A stretch of 62,920 nt of DNA, filler included, from Octopus bimaculoides (Eukaryota), in assembly GCF_001194135.2 (NCBI RefSeq). It is 6 parts of 6 records of this genome, joined end to end, with 100 filler letters (N's around TTAATTAATTAA, not from the genome) between each part and the next. Parts side by side here need not be neighbours in the genome. Positions count along the whole stretch, not along the records: positions 6,620 to 14,524 come from NC_068986.1; positions 14,625 to 37,596 come from NC_068990.1; 4 more parts are not named here. One strand, 5' to 3'. The position numbers and the translations under genes are program-made. The notes under the pieces are model-generated. The model worked only from the letters and a program-made list of their open reading frames with translations. It did not search any database and was not told where the DNA came from. Of this stretch, positions 13,396 to 26,108 are shown one piece after another (the stretch's first letter is position 1; every line of letters starts with the position of its first letter).

Positions 13396-14379
13396 TCTAA
13401 AAGAGTAAAATCGATACGAATTTAACCATATAGTATAAAGTAATCAAAACAAGAAAAGACAAGCATGAAGATGTAAAAACTAATACTTAATTTAATGTAA
13501 GTATTAACAAAGTATCCTCAAAGAGATCATGTCAAAAGTGCGACACGAATTTCTTTCCAACCTAATATTTCCTTGTACCCATGTTAGAATTCCATGTATG
13601 GTTTTCCCCACATATTTACGAGGCTTCTCATTTATTTACATTAAAGATAGTGAAATAAAGTCGTGTGACGTTCGGGGCATTTCTGAAGGTTATTAAGGAT
13701 GTAATTGAAGTGAAATAGTGATAATAGGGTTCCGAAATTGCCTCACGGAAATTGAGTCGTGGAACTTATCTCTAAAGATCTTGTTGCGGCCATAAATAGC
13801 CATACATCAAATGCAGCAATTTCTGGTTGACCATTTGTGATATGAAAGTAGCTATCAGTACTATTAACTTCAAGGGAGAGGAAAAATAGAGTTGGGGAAG
13901 TTTAAATTCCAAAAAGTAACTTAAGAACATTCTGGAAATTAACGATTTTTATGTTGTTGTTGATTTATTCTATTTTTTGAAAGTTAATTTTCACATTCCT
14001 GACTTGATACGGGAAGAGAGAAAGAAATACCGAACGAGTGGACGAAAGAAAAAAAAAAGACGAAATAAAAAGGAGACAAAGAAAAAATAATATAAAAGAA
14101 GGCGAGAATGATATAATAGGAAAGAAAATGTGTAATAGTCGATAGAAAGAAAGGATGGATATTAAAGAGATTCTATGGAAATAACGAAGGAATGAAGAAG
14201 ACGGAGCATGTGTACGAGGAAGGTGGATAAGAAAGGTCGAAAAATTACAGGGAGAGAGAAAGTAGGGGAAAAAAATGAACGAGGAATGGAGAATGAAGTT
14301 AAAAGATGAAAGATAGAGAGAAAAGAACAACAAAGAATAATAGAGGAAAGGCAAGATTACAGTAATGAAAGAGAGACGA

Positions 14380-14422
<43 letters not shown>

Positions 14423-14524
14423 AAGAGAAGTGTTGAAAAAGAGGAATATCTATCTACACACACACACACACACACACACGTATATAAATATATATGCATA
14501 TGTATATATATATATATATATATA

Positions 14525-14624
14525 NNNNNNNNNNNNNNNNNNNNNNNNNNNNNNNNNNNNNNNNNNNNTTAATTAATTAANNNNNNNNNNNNNNNNNNNN
14601 NNNNNNNNNNNNNNNNNNNNNNNN
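14525..14624. other. Artificial scaffold spacer
   Basis: 44N + TTAATTAATTAA (14569-14580) + 44N. Confidence 0.95.
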
Positions 14625-15100
14625 ATGTGTGTGTCTCTTCTCAAAGCTCGTTTTCCCAGCGTTCACCATTTCACATCATCTTGGTTGAACAATCCTCACC
14701 GTTTGTTTTTACTGTTTTGTTCTCACTGTCCTGTTTTTGTTACCACTTTCACCCTCCGCAAGAAATCCCAAATTTTATTTAATTCGCTTTGCAAGAAGGA
14801 CTGTTTTAACGAAGTCACTTCCTGTCCCTACTTTCGAAATGCAGAGTAGATAAAACAGGAAACAACTGATGAAGGGAATGTTCTTTATGTTGCCTGTCTC
14901 CTTTCTCTGTTTGTTTGTTTCTTTCGTTGTTCGGGAAAAAGTTTGTTTTCTATGGTCTTGTTTTTTATGTTCTCATTTCTCATTTTGTCTACGTTTTTTT
15001 GATGTCCTGTACCCATATGCATGTATATACATATATATGTAGGGATGTACATATATGTATGTATATATGCATATATTTATATATTATTTATATTATATGT
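14625..15100 (+). mobile_element. Single arm of the foldback element family, next to a gap
   Basis: Colinear with the right arm 22423-22890; ends in TA-rich sequence. Confidence 0.85.
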
Positions 15101-15176
15101 ATGCATATATATATATGTGTGTATTATATATATATATATATGTGTGTATTATATATATATATATATATGTGTGTAT

Positions 15177-15232
<56 letters not shown>

Positions 15233-15347
15233 TTCATATGCATATATATATATATATAGGATCTGTTAGCTAGGAATTATAGGTAGCCTGGATTTTATCT
15301 ACTCCATTCTCTAAATTTGGAGATAAATGTGTATATATATATATATA

Positions 15348-15549
15348 TCGCCATGATAGATTGCTAACCACTACACACATTTTTTTCTCTCCCTGTTTCT
15401 CTCCTTGTTTCTTGCTGTGTTCCTTTCGGTGGATGAGCGTAGGCTCGAAACGTTAAAGACTTTTTTCAATTCCCGAGCGTTATACTAATACATCTATTTG
15501 TTTTCTACACCACCTGTCTTTGTCTGTTGTTTTTTGGTGAATTCTCCCT
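15348..15549 (+). mobile_element. ~200 bp TA-flanked element with a hammerhead-like motif at 15423-15458
   Basis: CTTT-CGGTGGA-T-GAGC-gtag-GCTC-GAAA-CG-TT-AAAG; second copy at 46834-47034. Confidence 0.7.
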
Positions 15550-15552
15550 ATA

Positions 15553-15593
<41 letters not shown>

Positions 15594-15974
15594 GTCACAA
15601 AAGAGTGCTGACTAGCACTGCTTATGCTAAAACAAGAGTTGAATTAACTCTAAAGCCACGAAAGCACTGTACTTAGTGACTGGCCTATTTAATTTGCCTT
15701 GAGGTTCTAATTTCTAATTAGCCACCTTTTTATTTGTTACATATACATACACACACACATTCATATATACATATATATGTATGAATCTATATCTGTCTAT
15801 CTATATCTATCTACCTATCTATCCATCTATACACACACACATACACACACATATATATGGTGGGTCCTTATTAGGTAGGCTTTGTAGGGTTACTTGTTTA
15901 GTAGATGTAGAATGGATGAAATTATTAGTGCCATGCCCATCCAAAAACTGGGTGTGAGAAGTTTAGACTGAATG

Positions 15975-16278
15975 AAGGCATATGGTTTAGTGGTTAGGGC
16001 ATTTAGCTCATGATCATAAGGTCATGATTTCAATTCCTAATTACGCATTGTGTCCTTGATCAAGGTATTTTCTTTCTTGTTCCAGTTCATACAGCAGGCA
16101 AATGTGAGTTGTACCTGTATTTTAAAGGGCCACGTCATGCTGAATCTCTTTGAGAACTACATTAAGGCTATGTGCGTCTGTGTAGTGCTCAATCACTTGC
16201 ATGTTAACTTTATGAGCAGGCTGTTTCATTGATTGGATCAACTGGAACCTTCATCATAATAACTGACGGAGTGCCAGT
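15975..16278 (+). mobile_element. SINE family C, diverged
   Basis: tRNA-like head TGGTTTAGTGGTTAGG..ATTTCAATTCC plus the family C tail. Confidence 0.75.
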
Positions 16279-16329
16279 TTTGTTTTTGTTTTTATAGACA
16301 TATCCCTAAGGAAGAGTAAATCTGATGTA

Positions 16330-17105
16330 ACACTTGTGGCTTCATTTGCATCTGATGATGTAGGCTAGTTCCTTTCTTTGTGCAAAAGCATATGTAGTAG
16401 CTCATGAAAAGGCTGGCCTGAGTAGCAACACAGCACTACATTATGTTAAGGTGCAATGACAGGAGTTTATTGATCTGGAATGGCCTGTGAGCATCACCTG
16501 ATGAGGAATGAGCCTGTAAGAGTGTCGGGATGTGGTGCCAAAGACCCTGGTTTGCAAAATCTCATAGCCTGATCTTTGGAGAGCTGAGCTATGCTGGATA
16601 AAATACCTGATCCAGGCAGTTTGCAACAACCTATTGAGCATATCCAAGTTGTTTAGCTTGGGAAGATTAAAGTCACAAGCCTGTTTCTTGTGCTTGAGAG
16701 AGACCCTGGAGCCAGACCCTCTATAGCTGTTACAAAATTTTGTGCAATGCTCAAGACCAGGACCTAAAAACCATAGCAGAAACCATCCACAGTAAGATTG
16801 GCCTTTGCTAGCATCTCTGCTCAATAAAGAATATTGCTACTGTCAAGGCTGGTTTGAAGATGATGCCAACTAGCAATCCAGCTACTCAGGCCAACTAGCA
16901 ATGGCACAAGACTGGGAGTTGAAAGGTGACCTAGAAAAGCAACTGACATTCCCTAAAACTAACATCTCATTATCTCAACATTACTAAATTCAAACACAGT
17001 TCTGATCTTAGAAGCATCTAAGCATATGGTTCTCTTGGAACACTATTTCTTGGGAGGATCATACTGAGGAGACAAATAAGAGGAGAGTGAAAACTATTGT
17101 GCCAG
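16330..17105 (+). mobile_element. Decayed HERO-like (restriction-like endonuclease) non-LTR retrotransposon, 3' part
   Basis: KIS*PDLWRAELCWIKYLIQAV..ACFLCLRETLE and WELKGDLEKQLTFP match the zinc-knuckle and RLE region of this group. Confidence 0.7.
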
Positions 17106-17109
17106 TAAA

Positions 17110-19100
17110 GTTATGCCAAAGCAATGGGTGGATCCTTGGTAAGCTGCAGTAACATACTGTGGTGGTTGGTGTAATTTTCAATGTAAAAGTTTGGTGCCAG
17201 CCTTTTCAGGATCTTTCGTATATATATATCAATGCATATTTTTCCTGCCTTTACTCCAATGAGTATAGTTGTAAATCTTTCAGCCTTTCCTAATGGCTCA
17301 ACTGTCTCATTGATGCAATCTTGGTGTAGCATCATAGAATTGCTTCAAGTTCAACTATTAATTTGACACAGTGGGGTGATGATAGTTGAGAGGAATAGTC
17401 CAGACAGCTGAGGGCAAACATCCTTCATAGGATCAGCATAATTTCCTGATCCCTTGTTCTGAAATTTCTCAGAATCCAACTACCACCATCTTTGTGATAT
17501 GTACATGGAAAGAAGCATATGCACTGAATTTGACTCTGGGATTGCCATTCCTTCTCGTCTGAAATGTCTTTGTTGCAGTGTGTTGATACAAGCTGGTTGA
17601 CAGCACAGGGCTTTGGAATTTTCATACATTAAATGTCATGTTATTTTCTTCATTCCATTTATATATGGCATTTACATCTTTCTGTAGAAAATTAGCTTCA
17701 AAAGGATTCTTGACTACTTGTGCTTCTTTTGTATCATCAGAATAGCTGCTGTATAACTGATGGCACGTCTGAGAGAGAAAGAGAGAGAGTTACCACAGAC
17801 AGCAGTGGCCTTGAGACTATTCCCAGAGGCACTCCACTCACCAGTAATGTCTCTTTTGTGAAGGTTTCATTGGCTGCTACAGTCTGGCTTCTGTCTTTTA
17901 AAAAATCATCTAACTACTCTACCAGTTTTCCAACTTTACCAAATCTACATGATTTGTAATACATCATCCCATAACCAACCTTATTGAATGCCTTTGCCAA
18001 ATCAAGATATGCCACATCCATTTTGGGCAATTCATAAGTTGTTTCAATACCCAGTCATAATGTTGCAGAAGCTGTGTAAGGCAGCTTCTTCTCAAGTGGA
18101 AGCCATGCTGGGAGTTAGGAAGCAAGTAATTTTCCCTAGGAACATGATCAGCTTCTCTGGCAATTTGTTTCACCTTGCTGATATGTGAGAGTAGAGAAAC
18201 ATGTCATAATTTTAGCAGTTGCATCTGCTTTCTCCTTTAAGGATAGAATATATTATGCTTTCTTAGGCAAGTTTATCACTTGTGAGGAAGCTTTGAAAAA
18301 GGGTCTGCAGTGGTCTTGCCCATTTGCATGTTTTTTGGAGGATTGCTGGGAATCCCTCAGGGCCAGTAACTGAATTTAAGTTTCCTTCATTTCAATGTAA
18401 TCAATTGTTGCCATCTCTTCATTGAAATCTATGGTGTCTAGGAACTCTTTGGGTATAATTATTTTCAATTATCCCAACAAAGCTGTGAAAAAAATTTTGT
18501 ATAGCACAAGTTGTATTTCACTTATCCTTCAGTGAGGCATTTACTTTGAACAGAAACTTGAACTGTACTGAAGCAGACTCTTTTTGTACATCTATAGAAA
18601 TCTCTAGGGTTTGAATGTATATCTATTTGTAGCTTTGGCTTCTTTTTTCTGCTTTCTTCCCTTCATAGGAGTGGTTGAATCCATTTTCAATATCAAGTAG
18701 TGTTTGTTTGAGACAGGATTCTTCACTATCATTTAATGGCCTCTTTTTTTAAATGATTTGAGATCTTTATTCTTTGTCTCATTAGTATTTTCCTGTTGCA
18801 GAGAATTATGTCTTTTTGTTGATTGGCCATTCTCAGCAAGTTATGGATTACAAAAATTATTGGTGTCACCCTAACATTATGGATGAACTCTGTAATATTA
18901 GCAAAGCAGTAATCCAGGACATTTTTATCCCTTGTTGAGTGGAGCACTACTTACTTCATGAACAGCATGTTTGTAAGGTCAAGCAGAGGCTCTGCCTGCC
19001 TCTACTTGACCAGGCTTTCTTCCAAGCAATTCTCCATGAATTAGTGCATTTGGTAGATGATATATTGGACATGTTACCATTTATGTCTACTATCTGTGTG
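17110..19100 (-). mobile_element. Decayed CR1/Jockey-group LINE (end of APE domain plus RT)
   Basis: STRDKNVLDYCFANITEFIHNVRVTP (APE C-terminus) and LLPNSQHGFHLRRSCLTQLLQHYDWVLKQL (RT). Confidence 0.8.
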
Positions 19101-19330
19101 TCACAGACTGAGTGACATAATTAAATAATAACAAAATTCCCTGCAGCCTTATATCTTGGTATTATAATGTATTTACCTTGCAATGCATTAATATATTCCT
19201 TAGTCTCTTGCTAACTAAAAACTAATTCCACTCCAATTTAAGCCAATTTATTCTTATTCAGTTCTCTATATTTGGTATCATTCCTCAATAGCCTTCAATC
19301 TTTATTTACAATAATATTCAAATCACATGT

Positions 19331-19550
19331 AAGGTGGCGAGCAGGCAAAATCATTAACACATCAGGCAAAATGCTTGGTGGAATTTCTTCCGTCTTGATG
19401 TTCTGAGTTCAAATTCTGCTGAGGTTGACTTTGTCTTTCACCCTTTTGCGGTCAATAAGATAAGTACCAGTTGAGTGTTGGCATTGATGTAATCAACCTA
19501 CCCACTCCCTGGAAATTGCTGGCCCTGTGCCAAAATGTGAAGCCAATATT
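19331..19550 (+). mobile_element. SINE family B
   Basis: Head, B-box GAGTTCAAATTC and central motif as in the 7895 copy. Confidence 0.85.
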
Positions 19551-19890
19551 TAAATTACACATATAATCAGGTCTTACTCCTAGGTAGCAGAACTCGGACT
19601 TAGTGCAATCACATGCAAATCCTTCTGGAGCTTTACAAGCTTTCAAATCTTTTTACGCTTTTCAAGCTAATATTCAACAAACATTTGCTATATTTAGATA
19701 ACCTATCACCTACATTATGACCTAGTTTATAGCTAAAGTATATACTTTTAACATTGACTAGCAAAAAAAAAAAAAAAGGCATGCATCATCATAGTACCAA
19801 GTATTGTACTTTATGCAATACTATTATTGTATACAATTAATATGTATATACACAGTATATATTCGTAATATATGCTTAGTGTATATTTGA

Positions 19891-19921
<31 letters not shown>

Positions 19922-20299
19922 TGCATATGTCAGTTATGTATATATATATATTATTGTATACTATTCGAAATATAGTACTATTAAGTATTGTACTTGAATA
20001 AATGTCATCTATAGGTTTACTAACAAAAGGTATTATAAACTGTTGAACCCAATTTGCATACTATTAGTGCTTAGGCTAGTTGCTAGTTGAATCAAATGCT
20101 AAATTGAGCACTTAACAAGATAGGTAATTGGCAACATGAAACACCATGAAATGAAGTTGTTCTGCTCCAGAACACAACACTCAACCAGTCTGGAAATCGA
20201 ACCCATGATACAGTGATCATTGAGTGCAACACTCTAACAACTAGGCCATGCACCTTCACATATGTGTATGTATGTGCATAAATATGAGTGTATATACAG

Positions 20300-20630
20300 G
20301 GTAAACTGTAAAGACCCCTTTGGTCATGAATGACCATGAGATTGCACCTAGAAAGTTGCCCTCTAACGCACAAGTCTGGACAAGGTTGTTTATGGAAGAC
20401 CAGCAGTCACTCATGCATACCAGCTTCCTCTCTCCACGCCACCGATGTTATCCAAGGGAAAGGTAAAGGCTGATACAGTTTGGCACTAGTGATGTTGCTA
20501 CTTATTTCTACAGCTCAGTGAACTGGAGCAACATAAACTAAAGTGTCTTGGTCAAGAACACATAAAGCCTGGTGTGGGAATCGAACTCACTACCCATGAT
20601 TGTGACCTGATGCTTGAACCACTGAGCCAT
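20300..20630 (-). mobile_element. SINE family D (tRNA head; 3' part recalled as RTE-like)
   Basis: Minus strand starts TGGCTCAGTGGTTCAAGC..GAGTTCGATTCCCAC (A and B boxes). Confidence 0.65.
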
Positions 20631-21214
20631 ATATATGTGCATGTATACTCACATGCACTCACACTTGTTTAGTGTATGTATATATGTGTATGTACGTTAG
20701 TATGTATATATATGTTTGTGTGTGTATATGTATATATATATATGTGTGTGCATATATATATATATATACACATACACACATAAATACATGTATGTATGTC
20801 TGTATGCAAATGCAGTTTTCAAAGGTTTTTTTGTGAAGCTTTTTTTGTGTATTTTATCTATAAACACCTGCTTCATTGAATTAAGCTTTGAGTTACTAAA
20901 TGTCAGTAGATATGATGTATCGAACTGATTCACCTCACATCAGTATTGTTTATGTGTTTAATGTAGTTCCAAATGTAGCCAAGTTGCATAATTAATGAAG
21001 GCAGTAAAAAGAAGAAGAAGAAAAAAAAAAGAGAGAATCGAGTTAAAAAGATAATACTAATGAAGTTTTATAATATCAATTACAGTTGTATTTAAGAATT
21101 GACTGACTGAGCTATTGTCAAGATTCAAGAAAAAAAAAAATGTTAGGTTTTAAGAAGGACATAGAGATATGAGAAAATTTCTTTAAAGTTTAAAATTAAT
21201 TATTATTATTATTG

Positions 21215-21260
<46 letters not shown>

Positions 21261-21369
21261 TATTATCATCATCATCCAATTGTCATATTTTTATTGTGTG
21301 CTTTCACTGCTCTACCAAGTGCGTTTTGGTGGGTTTTAGGTTTGTGTGGTGTTTTCTGTTGGTTTCATC

Positions 21370-21775
21370 TTTTATCTTTTATTTGTTTCAGTCAATAGAC
21401 TGAGGCCATGCTGGGGCACTGCCTCTAGGAACTTTTTAGTCGAATGAATCGATCCTAGTAGTTGTTTTAATTTTAAGCCCAGTACTTATTCTTGTCTGTC
21501 TCTTTTGCCAAACTGCTAACTTATGGGAACATAAACAAACCAACACCAGTTGTCAAGCAGTGGTAGAGAACAAACACAGACAAAAGACAAGCACACACAC
21601 ATATATACACACAACGGACTTCTTTCAGTTTATGTCTACCAAATCCACTCACAAGGCTTTGGTCAGCCCAAGGCTATAGTAGAAGACACTTGCCCAAGAT
21701 GCCATGCAGTGGGACTGAACTTGGAACTATGTCAATGGAAGACAAAGTGGAAGGCAAACTTCTTACCACACAGCT
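21370..21775 (-). mobile_element. SINE family A
   Basis: Reverse complement of the 35560 copy. Confidence 0.85.
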
Positions 21776-21813
21776 AAATTTTGTATTTACTCTTATACTA
21801 TTAGAACACAAAG

Positions 21814-21850
<37 letters not shown>

Positions 21851-21926
21851 CATACACACACACACACACTCTCATACACACACATATAGATAAAACTTAC
21901 TTGGAAAAGGATGCATGGCGTTCAAT

Positions 21927-22890
21927 CATATAATAATATAAATAATATATAAATATATGCATATATACATATATGTACATACCTACATATATAAGTACAT
22001 ATACATGCATATATGGGTACAGGAGATCGGAAAAACATAGACACAATGAGAAACAAGAACATAAAAAACAAAAACATAGAAAACAAACTTTTTTTCGAAC
22101 AACGAAAAAAAACAAACAGAGAAACGAGCAACATAAAGTGACATTTCCTTCATCAGTTGTCCCCTGTTCTTTCTACTCTGCGCTTCGCAGGTAAGGACAA
22201 GACACGATTTTGTTAAAACAGTCTTTCCCACAAAGCAAATTAAATAAAATTTGGGATTTTTTGTGGAGGGTGAAAGTTGTATCAAAAACAAGACAGTGAG
22301 AACAAAACAGTAAAAACAAACAGTGAGGGCTGTTAAGCCAAGACGATGTGAAGTGGTGAACGCTGGAAAAATGAGCTTTGAGAAGAGACAGATAAAAGCA
22401 TGTCTTGTCTTTAGGAAAGATGTGCTTTTATCTGTCTCTTCTAATAGCTCGTTTCTCCAGTGTTCACCACTTCACATCTTCTTGGCTTAACAGCCCTCAC
22501 CGTTTCTTTTTACTGTTTTGTGTTCACTGTCCTGTTTTTGTTAACACATTCACCCTCCGCAAAAAATCCCAAATTTTATTTAATTTGCTTTGTGGGAAGG
22601 ACTGTTTTAACGAAGTCGCGTCTTGTCCTTACCTTCGAAACACTGAGTAGATAAAACAGGGGACAACTAATGAAGGTAATGTTCTTTATGTTGCATGTCT
22701 TGTTTCTCTGTTTGTAATTTTCATTGTTCGGAAAAAAGTTCGTTTTCTATGCTTTTGTTTTTTATGTTCTCGATTCTTATTGTGTCTACGTTTTTTTGAT
22801 GTCATGTACCCATATATGCATGTATATATACATATATATGTAGATATGTACATATATGTATGTATATATGCATATATTTATATATTATAT
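21927..22890. mobile_element. Foldback/palindromic element: two ~470 bp inverted arms with a 22 bp spacer (22401-22422)
   Basis: GAGACAGATAAAAGCA / TGCTTTTATCTGTCTC is perfect at the centre; the arms stay colinear out to TA-rich ends. Confidence 0.9.
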
Positions 22891-22902
22891 ATATATATAT
22901 AT

Positions 22903-24532
22903 CTAGAAGCTTAATGATCCTGCGAATGGACAGAGATTTAGAGACATATTACTCAAAGCCTTTGACGATATAGAAGGTGATATAGCTTCACATGATTTAG
23001 AAGACAACCAGAGATTTCTACGGGACAACCTGCTGAGGGCCACTAACTAGATCTGTGGATGGTGCAAAGTCCCCTCTTGACCCAAAATAACGTGGTGGTG
23101 GAACAGTGTTGTTGACAGGGCTATTAGAGAAAAGAAACAGGCTTGGAAGGACTGGAAGAATGGTGGTAGCAGGGAATTGTATCAGACTGCCAGAAGGGAA
23201 GCTAGGAGACAGGTTTATTTAGCCAGAGGGGAAGCAGATAAGAAAAAATTTGTCAATGTACTGTGCCATGAGGACCAAAAATTGGGGTATTTCGTATTGC
23301 AAGACAGTGTGTGAGAGAGAATCGTGATGTCGTAGGAGAGAAATGTGTCTGCATGGATGATGGTTCACTTGCACTAAACGAGGCTGCAATGAGAGAGGTT
23401 TGGAGACGCCACTATGAAAGGTTGCTCAATAAAGAAAATGAATGGGCGAAAGAGAGTCTGCCGAATGTTGACCCAACAGAGGGATCAGCTATCCAAGTTG
23501 ACAGTACCATGGTAGATAAAGCAATTAAGAGTCTGAAGACAGGGAAAGCCCTTGACCCATCAAAAATCACTGCAGAGATGCTCAAAATATCTGGCAGTGT
23601 CAGCTATAACCCGTATAGTTGACCAGGTGATACACGAAGGAGTCATACCAATGACTGATGTAGCAGCACCATAGTCAACTGCTACAAAGGTAAAGGTGAC
23701 GCTTTAGATACAAAAAATTACAGAGGTATCAAGTTGTTGGATCAGGTACTGAAGGTCACGGAGAGGGTCATAGCCCAACTAATCAGAGCAGTTTGGGTTC
23801 ATGCCAGGGAAAAGCACCACTGATGCTATATTTCTGGTAAGACAGCTGCAGGAGAAATACCTAACCAAAGATAAACCTCTGTACCTGGCTTTCGTTGACA
23901 TGGAGCAAGCCTTTGACAGGGTCCCCCGATCCCTTATCTGGTGGTCAATGAGGAAACTAGGGATAAATGAATGGTTAGTGAAAGCTGTGCAAGCCATGTA
24001 CAGGGACGCTGTCTGTAAGGTGAGTGTTGGCAATGAGTACAGTGAAGAATTCTAGGTAGAGGTAGGGGTCCACCAAGGATCAATCCTCAGCCCCCTGTTA
24101 CTCATCATAGTCCTCCAGGCAATAACAGAGGAATTCAAGACAGGATGCTCCCTTGAGCTCCTCTATGCTAACAACCTTGCTCTAATTGCTGAGTCACTAT
24201 CAGAACTAGAGGAGAGGTTTCACGTGTGGAAACAAGGATTAGAATCGAAGGGCCTTAGAGTCAACCTAGCTAAAACCAAAGTCCTAATAAGTTGGAAGGC
24301 AGACAAACCACAAATCCCTTCAGGTAGATGGCCTTGCTCGATATGTAGAAAAGGCGTTGGTAGAAACTCTATAAGATGTACCCAGTGTAAGCTATGGGCA
24401 CATAAGAGGTGCAGCAATATCAAAGGAAGGCTAACTGGGAAGATAGTTTTTGTATGTGGCAAATGCTCAGGAGCAATAAACACTGAAAATGTGCAGAGAA
24501 CTTCTGCCACATTCCAGGGAGGAAAACTAGAA
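22903..24532 (+). mobile_element. Decayed RTE-clade LINE RT region with an in-frame PHD finger
   Basis: KSLKTGKALDPSKITAEMLK; GKSTTDAIFLVRQLQEK; LAFVDMEQAFDRVPR; GVHQGSILSP; LYANN (decayed YADD); GLRVNLAKTK; then C4HC3 at 24335-24466. Confidence 0.92.
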
Positions 24533-24574
24533 CTGTGTTCATTGTTTTGAATAATCTCATCTGTNNNNNNNNNN

Positions 24575-25640
24575 GACAATGGTAGATCTTGATTAAGTGT
24601 GGCCATCATCTGCAGTGAAGAAAGCGATGGGAAATCACTTCACTTCTTTACAATTCCCAAGAAGAATCATGGCTAGTTGCAACCTTCCCACTGTTTATTT
24701 TAATTTTGTGTTGCTGTGATTTTCCAACCTTAAATTGTTCAGATACTGTGTTCATTGTTTTGAATAATCTCATCTGTTGGAATCCCTTCACTGTTCCTGT
24801 TTCTTCTCAGAATTCTTTAGCTTCTGTTACTGATTGATTTCTTTTGTTTAGTTAAAGAATTTAAATTTTTTTTTTCTCAAAGAATCACTGTTGTTTTCAT
24901 ACCCACACAGTCTTTGTAGTTTATTGAAGTTTTCTTGTTTCAGGCATTTCTTTGATTCCAGATGCTGTTTTTTTTTTTAGAATTATTGTCATGTTTTTAA
25001 CTGTTTTTTTTTTACTAAGTAGTCATATTTGTCTCTTCTTTTTTTTAGTTGTGTCATTTCATTAAAGTCTGAGAGTTCTATTTTTTTTTCATTTATTCTA
25101 TTTTTGTCGCATATTTGTTTCCCCTGTTGTTTACTTGGGTTTGTGATATTCCTGTAAGAGTATGTCTAAGAGAAACTCTGTTTTTCCTTAGTAACCACAT
25201 TAAGTCAACCTGGTGAATTGATTTTCCTGTCTGTTTTCATTAAGTGTGTGATGACCAGGTTTGCATTTTCCTATTGTGACTTCATCACTGAATTTTATCC
25301 CTGAGATGTACATTCAGGGTCTTTTTATTTCGTTAATTACCACCTTTAGATTGTCATGTTCAGGATTTCCACTTTTAAAATTTCTTATTCTTTAATCTTC
25401 CTTGTATTCCCTTTTATTTATATTTTTTCTTTGCATTATTCTGGTCCAGATTTTGTTGCCCATCATTCTGTCGATGTTTCAGGTTGTTTTAAAATTTTCT
25501 TTTTTGTTCTTTACTTTGTTTTTAATGCATCTTGTTTCTTTTTTAATATTTTGCTGCTGTTTTGTATATGTTATTTGCATTTGCATTATGTGTTCTCTTA
25601 AATGTTCTACTTTGAGTTTTCATATTTTTTGGCTATGAAA
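24575..25640 (-). mobile_element. Probable heavily eroded R4/Dong-like non-LTR element
   Basis: A-rich minus strand with traces such as SVTEAKEF* and FPSLSSLQMMATLNQ, resembling the pre-RT region. Confidence 0.35.
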
Positions 25641-26108
25641 ATATGTTTTCTTGAGTTAGCTTGTTCAGTAGGCCCAAAACTATGTTTAGATCTAAGCTAT
25701 ATTTTTCAAAAAAAATATTACAGGAATAAATTGCTGTAGTTTCATATTTTGACTTGAGAGAGAGACATTGTAGGATTTGAATGAACAATATAAACATATT
25801 CCTCTGACATCCATTTCTATTTTTGCTTTTTACAATTCATCTGTGAGACTTCAGGAGCCAAGTCGTGTCCTTTATTTGAATCAGGTATGAGAAATCTTTT
25901 TTGAGAAGTGGGCCACATGAGACAGGGCTCATCATCAGGCAGGAATACTATTAAAAAATTCTTGGTAATTTTTTGTTGGGTATGATATGCAAAAAAATCC
26001 TGCAGACTGCAGTTTGCCTTTAACTGATTTAGATTTTCTTCATTTTCATATATTTGTTTCTGGAGATGTCAAATATTGCATGCTCATTTTTAATATTTTA
26101 CTGGTATG

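Noticed and set aside
22630-22680. CGAAAC...CT(G/A)ATGAAG in the foldback arms and at 7562-7600 as a permuted (type II) hammerhead
   Set aside because: Both core halves are present, but I cannot build a stem I hairpin or a proper stem II register
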